A stretch of DNA of 64,000 nucleotides from Candidatus Methanosuratincola verstraetei (GTDB lineage: Archaea > Thermoproteota > Methanomethylicia > Methanomethylicales > Methanomethylicaceae). Shown piece after piece: positions 58,234 through 64,000 of the stretch. Under the pieces are notes generated by a model. That model worked only from the letters and a program-made list of their open reading frames with translations, was not told the origin of the DNA and did not search any database. The translations under genes were made by a program, and so were the position numbers. Numbering within the stretch: position 1 is the stretch's first letter; each line of letters opens with the position of its first letter. Location of the stretch: positions 1,056,001 to 1,120,000 of the forward strand of contig CP186953.1 in the NCBI GenBank assembly GCA_049570475.1, given 5' to 3'.

Positions 58234-58722
58234 TCAGATTGCTATCTTGATCCTGTGGTTAGCCCTGAAGAGAATCTCCTCGTTCCAGAACTCGACATAC
58301 AACTCCCCAGTCACCAGCCACTTCTCATCCCCCGTTTTGCCAGCAAAGCGCATCTGGCAGCTATCCACGGCCTGCCCGGAGTATTCCTCGACCAAGACAG
58401 ATTCGATGTTAACCGATAGGCTGTACGCGCCACCGCTCTTGGCATTGCTATTGATTTGCGAGCACCACCGATCCAGCAGTTGGGTGATCCCTTGGCTAGC
58501 CTCCTCGAGCGAAGCGAAATTTTCGTGTGCTTTGAGGTAGCTGCAGAGGTCGAAGAGCAGGTTGTATGACGTGAACTCGAATCCTTTCAGGAGATCTGTT
58601 GCCTCCGCCTCCCTCTTTAGCTCCCTGCGCTGGGCATTTACTGTTAACGCGGCGACCAGGACGAGGAGCAGTATAATTAACTCGCTGGCGGTCAGGATTA
58701 CCCCTTTCTTGTTGCGTAGAAT
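58234..58722 (-). CDS. Pilin-like protein with apparent ATT start (not in the ORF track)
   Basis: 162-aa open frame (M)LRNKKG|VILTASELIILLLVLVAALTV...RIKIAI. Confidence 0.7.
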   Translation of the reverse strand: MLRNKKGVILTASELIILLLVLVAALTVNAQRRELKREAEATDLLKGFEFTSYNLLFDLCSYLKAHENFASLEEASQGITQLLDRWCSQINSNAKSGGAYSLSVNIESVLVEEYSGQAVDSCQMRFAGKTGDEKWLVTGELYVEFWNEEILFRANHRIKIAI

Positions 58723-59024
58723 AGCGTGATCCCCCCATCCCTGCTGGAAAGTAGCGCCACATAAGGCCCATTTTCGGGCTCATCCAGGCTCAACCTGATG
58801 CCTCCAATATCCAGGCTGCCTTGCTCAGCGCACAAATCAAGAAGATGAGTCATGTTCCCGGAGGCAATCAGATGGTAAATTTCTTGCCTCAGGCTCTCCT
58901 TCTCCGCGATCTCATCAAGATCAGCCCCAAAACCTGCTTGGGCTAGTGATGCCGCTGAGAGCACTAGAATGGCTGCCAGAAGCGCCCCCAGCGCATCGAT
59001 CAGGGGGACCTGCCCCTTATCCAC
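58698..59024 (-). CDS. Pilin-like protein
   Basis: MDKG|QVPLIDALGALLAAILVLS. Confidence 0.7.
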   Translation of the reverse strand: MDKGQVPLIDALGALLAAILVLSAASLAQAGFGADLDEIAEKESLRQEIYHLIASGNMTHLLDLCAEQGSLDIGGIRLSLDEPENGPYVALLSSRDGGITLFYATRKG

Positions 59025-59226
59025 CGCAGAGGACCTCCGGGTAGACGTTGCCCGAGGCGTTGTCGATCGCATATGCGCAAGGAGCCATCCCCAGCGTCAT
59101 ATTGAACCCCTCAAGATCTTCTATCTGGCTATCAATGACCTCCAGCACCGTCGCATTTATTGCCACAATGGCAAGTATCACTGGGACCATTAGGAGGAAT
59201 TCCAGCATCTCGTCATCCATCTTCAA
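59017..59226 (-). CDS. Small membrane or pilin-like protein
   Basis: MLEFLLMVPVILAIVAI helix; overlaps both neighbours. Confidence 0.55.
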   Translation of the reverse strand: MKMDDEMLEFLLMVPVILAIVAINATVLEVIDSQIEDLEGFNMTLGMAPCAYAIDNASGNVYPEVLCGG

Positions 59227-59440
59227 CTAACCCCATTATTCCATTGAAATTGACTTCGAACCTGCCTGTGCTATTCATACTCTCCACTGCTGCCAAGAAA
59301 ATCCCCTCGTGCCCGCCTTCCAAGGACTGGATAATCTCGAAGAAGAGCCCTAGGCTGCCCTCGCCGATCGCGGTGGCGATCAGGATCCAGAACAGCAATA
59401 AAGTGCCAAAGACCACTATCCGAGAGGGCACTCTTCTCAC
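59213..59440 (-). CDS. Small membrane protein
   Basis: RRVPSR-IVVFGTLLLFWILIA TM helix. Confidence 0.5.
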   Translation of the reverse strand: MRRVPSRIVVFGTLLLFWILIATAIGEGSLGLFFEIIQSLEGGHEGIFLAAVESMNSTGRFEVNFNGIMGLVEDG

Positions 59441-59528
59441 GCCATTAGACCCCTTATAAAAGCCCACGGGAGGACTCCCCAATGACGGTTTGCCATATAA
59501 GTTCTGGCATATTTTGGAGGCTGATCTG

Positions 59529-59675
59529 ATGGTAAACTGTCAGGAGGCCGATCGGTTCCAAACGAGTAGGAGTGGCGATGCCATCTCCATGCTTGAAGAG
59601 CGGATCGCGATCCTTGAGTACTCTATATGCCTGGTGTCTAAGAAGGTAGAAGAGATTGAGAGAAGGTTCCCTTAG
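59529..59675 (+). CDS. Small coiled-coil protein preceding the ATPase
   Basis: LEERIAILE...VEEIERR; overlaps the ATPase start. Confidence 0.45.
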   Translation: MVNCQEADRFQTSRSGDAISMLEERIAILEYSICLVSKKVEEIERRFP

Positions 59676-61359
59676 GATATACCGAAACCTCGATCCCTGG
59701 ATGTCGCTCTCTGAGTTCGAGCAGGTCCATGAAGATCTTCCAGGACCGGGCGCGCTCTGCCTTTTCTTGGGTAAGAGAAGCCTCCTCCTAACCGGCGATC
59801 AGTTCCAGATGATTAAGCGGGTCTGCCAGGATCTCATGCTCAGCATTGGGATCCTCTCGACCAAGGCAAAGGGATGCGCTTTTGCAAGGGAGGTCTGCTC
59901 TTCGCGTAACAGCGAATGGCCCGTGCTGCTTTCGAAAGTCCGTTTGGGGATGCGCATCCACAAAAAGGGGATCAGGTGCAGGCTTTGCGGGGCATGCGGC
60001 GAGCTAGCTGGTTTAAGGTCCCTTATGATCCCAAGGGGCGAGCTCCGCTTTGCCATCCGCCCGCAGGTTGTGCCATCCGGTCTCATCTCCTTTGGGCCTC
60101 CAGCGTACTCGATCCCTCCATATTCCGTTTACATGCTGAGGCGTTCTGGACGCCTTGTATACGTCCCTGTGCTGTGTTCCCTCTCGGTTGAAGAAAGGAT
60201 AGAGTCTTTCAGGCTCATGAGGAAGGTCAGGGTGCATGAGGAGATGCGACTCAAGCCCCCTTTTTCGATAGAGCTAGGGAAGGTCATCGAGGAGAGGAGG
60301 GCAATCCTGAGGGAATTTTCGAGGATGAGTGTGCCTGCCGAGAACTTTGCCCTGTATTCGTCCGTCGGGCTGGAAAACCTCCTCCCCCTCCTCATTGACG
60401 ACAATGTCGGAGAATTCTATGCCGACTCCCCCATGACATTTGCATACATAGACCACAGGGAGTTTGGCAGGTGCGAATCAGCGGTTTGGGTCACTCCAGA
60501 AGTTATCGATCGGCTTTTGGCATTTTCTGCCGCAAGCTCAGGAAGGGCATCTGACTACATGAACCCTTCAATAAAGGCATCGATAAAGACCAGCGAGTTC
60601 CATGCAAGGGTCTCTATCGACGCCCCGCCACTCTCATTTGAGGGGGCTTCGGTCGATGTCCGTAAGTTCTTCAGGAATCCGACCGATTTCAAAATGCTGG
60701 TCAAGAACAAGACAATCCCGCCCGAAGCGGTCTCATACCTGCTCATGAAGCTGAGGGCTGGGAGCAGCTTCAGCATCTATGGTGAGAGCGGCTCTGGCAA
60801 GACGACGCTCGCAATAGCCCTCGACCTCGAGACCCCTCAGCACTGGAGGAAATACTCTGTGGAATCCGACATCGCAGAGAACATAACGCAGCGCCACCTT
60901 GGGAAGCACCAGGTCAGGCTGCTCGCTGCGACAGGGTCTGGAGAGGCCGCAGAGAGGCGCAGATCGGTCCTGGACAGCCTGCTCCACAAATCCCCTGACT
61001 ACGTCTTCTTTGGGGAAGTCCTCTCCGAGTCCGACAGCCGGGCCCTGTTCCAAATTCTGGCATCAGGCATTCGCTGCATACACACAGTGCACGCCCCATC
61101 CGGGGAAGGGCTGCTGAGGAGGTTCGCCTACCAACACCACATACCGCTGATCTCCTTGTCTGACTTGGGGGTGCTGGTGCAGATGCGGAGGTTCGACATC
61201 GAAGGGAACTTTGCCAGAAGGGTTGTAAGGATATCCGAGGTAGTGCACGACGAGCCCCCGGTCGAGATACCGCCGCTCAGGGACCTATTCCTCTGGGATG
61301 CTGCTTCCGGACAGCTAGAGCCCACGCCTGCGTACAGGAAGATCTCGATAGCCGCGTAG
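59656..61359 (+). CDS. Type II/IV secretion (TadA/VirB11-like) ATPase
   Basis: LPLL.DDNV.E, GESGSGKTT, PDYVFFGE, TVHA, RRVVRISE. Confidence 0.85.
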   Translation: MREGSLRIYRNLDPWMSLSEFEQVHEDLPGPGALCLFLGKRSLLLTGDQFQMIKRVCQDLMLSIGILSTKAKGCAFAREVCSSRNSEWPVLLSKVRLGMRIHKKGIRCRLCGACGELAGLRSLMIPRGELRFAIRPQVVPSGLISFGPPAYSIPPYSVYMLRRSGRLVYVPVLCSLSVEERIESFRLMRKVRVHEEMRLKPPFSIELGKVIEERRAILREFSRMSVPAENFALYSSVGLENLLPLLIDDNVGEFYADSPMTFAYIDHREFGRCESAVWVTPEVIDRLLAFSAASSGRASDYMNPSIKASIKTSEFHARVSIDAPPLSFEGASVDVRKFFRNPTDFKMLVKNKTIPPEAVSYLLMKLRAGSSFSIYGESGSGKTTLAIALDLETPQHWRKYSVESDIAENITQRHLGKHQVRLLAATGSGEAAERRRSVLDSLLHKSPDYVFFGEVLSESDSRALFQILASGIRCIHTVHAPSGEGLLRRFAYQHHIPLISLSDLGVLVQMRRFDIEGNFARRVVRISEVVHDEPPVEIPPLRDLFLWDAASGQLEPTPAYRKISIAA

Positions 61360-61374
61360 GGGGATTGATCTGCC

Positions 61375-62169
61375 TTGCCCCTCCTAGAAAAGGACCACAC
61401 GCAAGCCCGAAGCGCATCGCTCAACGCCTTCTGCCGAAGGTCAATCCTGCCGTCCCGCTCATTGGCGCGGCTCTCCACCGTACTGGGCTACGACGCAATC
61501 GAAGTGCATGGGGTCGCAGGCAGGGGCCTCCTTGTTGCGGGGCTCAACCTCCTTGCGCTTTCAACTTTGGCCATCCTGATCGCGATCCTCTTTTTTGGCC
61601 TTCCCCTGCACTCGGCTCTGGCAGTGCCGGTTGCGGCAGCTCTCCTTGCCGTCCTTCCGTGGATCACTGACGCGGGATCCGGGATAAGGGATCTCTTCGA
61701 TGCTGCCCACTCATTCGAGATCTTTGCTACTGTGCTCCTCGCCACTGGGAATCTTGCTCTTGCCGCTAGCAAGGCCGCAGAAGTGCCAGGAAGCGCTTCT
61801 GGAAACTTCAGTAAAGCGGTCATGTCGATGAGGGACGGCGTTAGGCCTGAGAAGGCGATACTCCAGTCCTTCAGCGGCAAAGACATCTGTTCAGATTGGG
61901 TAAAGTCTGCGGTCAATGGCAGGGAAGGAGAGATCTCGCCTGTGATTTCGAATTGGTACAATGAATTGCACGGCAGGATCCTAAAGGCAGAGGACATGCT
62001 TTCCTTGCTTATCGCTCTCTCGACCATCCTGCCCATAGGGTTGTCAATGGTCATGGCTGTCTGGGGGCTTGCGTCCACGCCATTGTCTCCCCTACTCATC
62101 CTGGCGTTCTCCGCTGCGCTAACGGCGATATTCCGATGGTTCAAGGGGCTCGAGGCGATCCTTTCATGA
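61375..62169 (+). CDS. TadB/TadC-like membrane platform protein
   Basis: TM hairpin, T2SSF-like helical domain (LATGNL..A), TM helices; follows the ATPase. Confidence 0.6.
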   Translation: MPLLEKDHTQARSASLNAFCRRSILPSRSLARLSTVLGYDAIEVHGVAGRGLLVAGLNLLALSTLAILIAILFFGLPLHSALAVPVAAALLAVLPWITDAGSGIRDLFDAAHSFEIFATVLLATGNLALAASKAAEVPGSASGNFSKAVMSMRDGVRPEKAILQSFSGKDICSDWVKSAVNGREGEISPVISNWYNELHGRILKAEDMLSLLIALSTILPIGLSMVMAVWGLASTPLSPLLILAFSAALTAIFRWFKGLEAILS

Positions 62170-62957
62170 GGCGCGCGTTCCCAAGCCCTCTGGCAATCTT
62201 GGTCTCAATCCTTGTCACCGTGCCCCTCGCCTCCGTCCGAGGCATTTCGTGGGTGCTTGTTCTGCCGCCTCTGCTACTCGTGCTCGACAGGCTGATGAAA
62301 ATCCGCGGGGTCTCCAAGAGTGGCGGATCTGACAGTACTGCCCCTTTCCTGCTTGCATTCTCGAGGCTCTTGGGCTCGACCTCACCAGGGGAAGCCCTCG
62401 TCAGGGCATTCAGCACCTCTGTGCCAGATGAGCGGCTTTTAAAGCCTCTGCTAGAGCTCAGGGAGGGCGTTGCCGCCGCATCCGTGGTGCGCAGATTCTC
62501 CAAGCAGATGCATTTTGAGAGCCAGACTTTCGAGGCCATCGCGGCACTGCTCGGGTTTGACAGAGCCTCGTCATCTGAGCGGCTCAGGTCCTTGGTTAAA
62601 TTGAGGGAGGATCGAAGGAAGGTAAGGCAAGACCTCGAGGTGCGGCTGAGGGCAATTTCGATGCGATTTAAGATGCTCTCAATGATTTCCTCGGCCTCCT
62701 TGGCAGTAACCGCCTTCGCCTCCCCGATACTGGGATCCTTCTTCTCCGAACAGCGGCTGGGCGCGGCAATGGGCAGGCCCATGATCAGTTTTGATTTTCC
62801 AGCATTTTCTGTTTTCTATTCGATAGCGCTACTGTCGTCGTACCTCCCCACCAAAGCCCTCCCCCACGTCGGCTGGTTAGGGTCTGCTCTCCGCGCATCG
62901 GCCGCCTACTTCGTGACTTACCTTGCCCTGGTGGTTGCCGTGGGCATTGCTTTTTAA
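62166..62957 (+). CDS. TadC-like membrane platform protein
   Basis: PFLLAFSRLL...SPGEAL, C-terminal TM helices; ATGA overlap. Confidence 0.6.
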   Translation: MRRAFPSPLAILVSILVTVPLASVRGISWVLVLPPLLLVLDRLMKIRGVSKSGGSDSTAPFLLAFSRLLGSTSPGEALVRAFSTSVPDERLLKPLLELREGVAAASVVRRFSKQMHFESQTFEAIAALLGFDRASSSERLRSLVKLREDRRKVRQDLEVRLRAISMRFKMLSMISSASLAVTAFASPILGSFFSEQRLGAAMGRPMISFDFPAFSVFYSIALLSSYLPTKALPHVGWLGSALRASAAYFVTYLALVVAVGIAF

Positions 62958-62984
62958 AGCCGCAAGATCTATGGGGGAAAATTT

Positions 62985-63203
62985 TTGCGAAGGCGTTTTT
63001 CGAGAAGGGGTTCGCCCTTGGTCGAAGAGGGGTTGCTGCTTGGCCTATCTATAGTGACGCTGACAGTAGTCATGTCAATCATTGTCGGTCTGCTTTCAGG
63101 AGTCCAGAACACATTCAACCTCTCTCTCTTCAATGGGAACGAATTTATCGAGAACCTGCGGAATTCCTTGAACCAAGTCCTTTCATTCTTCAGGATTGGC
63201 TGA
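62985..63203 (+). CDS. Short Flp-like major pilin candidate
   Basis: RRFSRRG|SPLVEEGLLLGLSIVTLTVVMSII (Glu at +5). Confidence 0.75.
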   Translation: MRRRFSRRGSPLVEEGLLLGLSIVTLTVVMSIIVGLLSGVQNTFNLSLFNGNEFIENLRNSLNQVLSFFRIG

Positions 63204-63206
63204 GAA

Positions 63207-64000
63207 ATGCCCATAATACCCTCATTTTTTCTCGCAATAATCAGCTTCCTGTTCCTGAAAGACTATTTGTCGATCCCGTTGGCTGCAGCTTTTTCGATTT
63301 CAATCCCTATTCTCTCCGCGATCGTACCTAAATTGGTGGAGCGCAGCCCGTACAGCGGGGCAGCGCTCAGGCTAGGGCAATCGCCGCCCATCCTCGAGTT
63401 TGGAGGCAAGCGGTATTCGGCTGTCGCCCTTTCGATAAGCACCTCCCAAGACAATTCTTTTGACCGGTTCGAGAAAGAGCTGGCATACGAGCGCCTATGC
63501 AGGTTTACCGAGGCTATGGGATCATTCGGGATGCCGACCGCCTACATAATGTACTCTCTACCGGGATCCTCCCCATTCCGAGAATCGCCAAGCGGGAGCC
63601 AGGCCCTGCTCATTGCATGGTTCTGCTCTGACGACAGGATTGCCCTCTCCGAGAGGGCAGAGATGGCCTTGAGGCAGCTGGAGAGCCTGGTCAGCCTGGT
63701 GTTCCCGGGAGCGCAGACAAGGCGACTGGACGAGAAAGATTTATCGTTGATCCTCTCTTCACCTTTGCCCTACTCGCTGGGGGAGATCGGCGGCATTGCA
63801 AAGCCGCCATCTGGGGAGGCCATCTCAGCCGTCCCGCCCCCGCCAGATCGCCAAGAGCCATCTTCCTTGGTGCCCGCCGTGCAGCCGCCAATAACCAGCG
63901 GGGGGCCTTTGATAGGATTTGTCTATTCAAGGGGCAAGGAAGTGGCTCCCCTCTGCATCCCGCTCACCGACATCAGGCGCCACGTCTCGATATTTGGGGC
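63207..64000 (+). CDS. Membrane-anchored HerA/VirB4-like (DUF87) ATPase, truncated by the window end
   Basis: ATG 63207, N-terminal TM hairpin, open to the window end ...IGFV...IPLTDIRRHVSIFG, which typically precedes the Walker A motif. Confidence 0.65.
   Translation, partial: MPIIPSFFLAIISFLFLKDYLSIPLAAAFSISIPILSAIVPKLVERSPYSGAALRLGQSPPILEFGGKRYSAVALSISTSQDNSFDRFEKELAYERLCRFTEAMGSFGMPTAYIMYSLPGSSPFRESPSGSQALLIAWFCSDDRIALSERAEMALRQLESLVSLVFPGAQTRRLDEKDLSLILSSPLPYSLGEIGGIAKPPSGEAISAVPPPPDRQEPSSLVPAVQPPITSGGPLIGFVYSRGKEVAPLCIPLTDIRRHVSIFG

Noticed and set aside
297-63930. Many antisense or overlapping ORFs in the track (e.g. 2666-3421, 7767-8438, 16437-17195, 50069-50938, 61488-62144)
   Set aside because: Shadow frames of well-supported genes, with no family motifs.
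1-64000. CRISPR arrays, rRNA genes, inteins
   Set aside because: No repeat-spacer periodicity or rRNA genes seen; MCM, RFC and Cdc6 are of normal length.

Overview
Archaeal chromosomal window of moderately high GC. The gene set (Orc1/Cdc6, GINS-MCM, RFC, Hel308, CCA enzyme, TgtA, SmAP3, PAC2, GPN GTPase) fits a TACK-type archaeon, perhaps Methanomethylicia/Verstraetearchaeota; that placement is inference only. It is mostly housekeeping: replication and Moco genes (3.5-15.6 kb), a small AT-richer islet between and around tRNA-Gly (with intron) and tRNA-Pro, and an RNA-processing cluster (25-31 kb). There are two separate type IV pilus-like surface loci. One is a 10-kb operon of pilin-like and adhesin genes (38.5-48.6 kb). 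The other has pilins, a TadA-like ATPase, two TadC-like proteins and a HerA/VirB4-like ATPase next to a divergent TFB (57.3-64 kb). The strongest finding is a 22-nt bulge-helix-bulge intron (33657-33678) inside a protein-coding pflX-like radical SAM gene; removing it restores the frame and the conserved motif exactly. Other findings are an unannotated dual-guide C/D box sRNA complementary to 23S rRNA, two genes that apparently start at ATT, an orphan IS200/IS605 right end, a MobB-MoaA fusion, and several genes missed by the ORF track.
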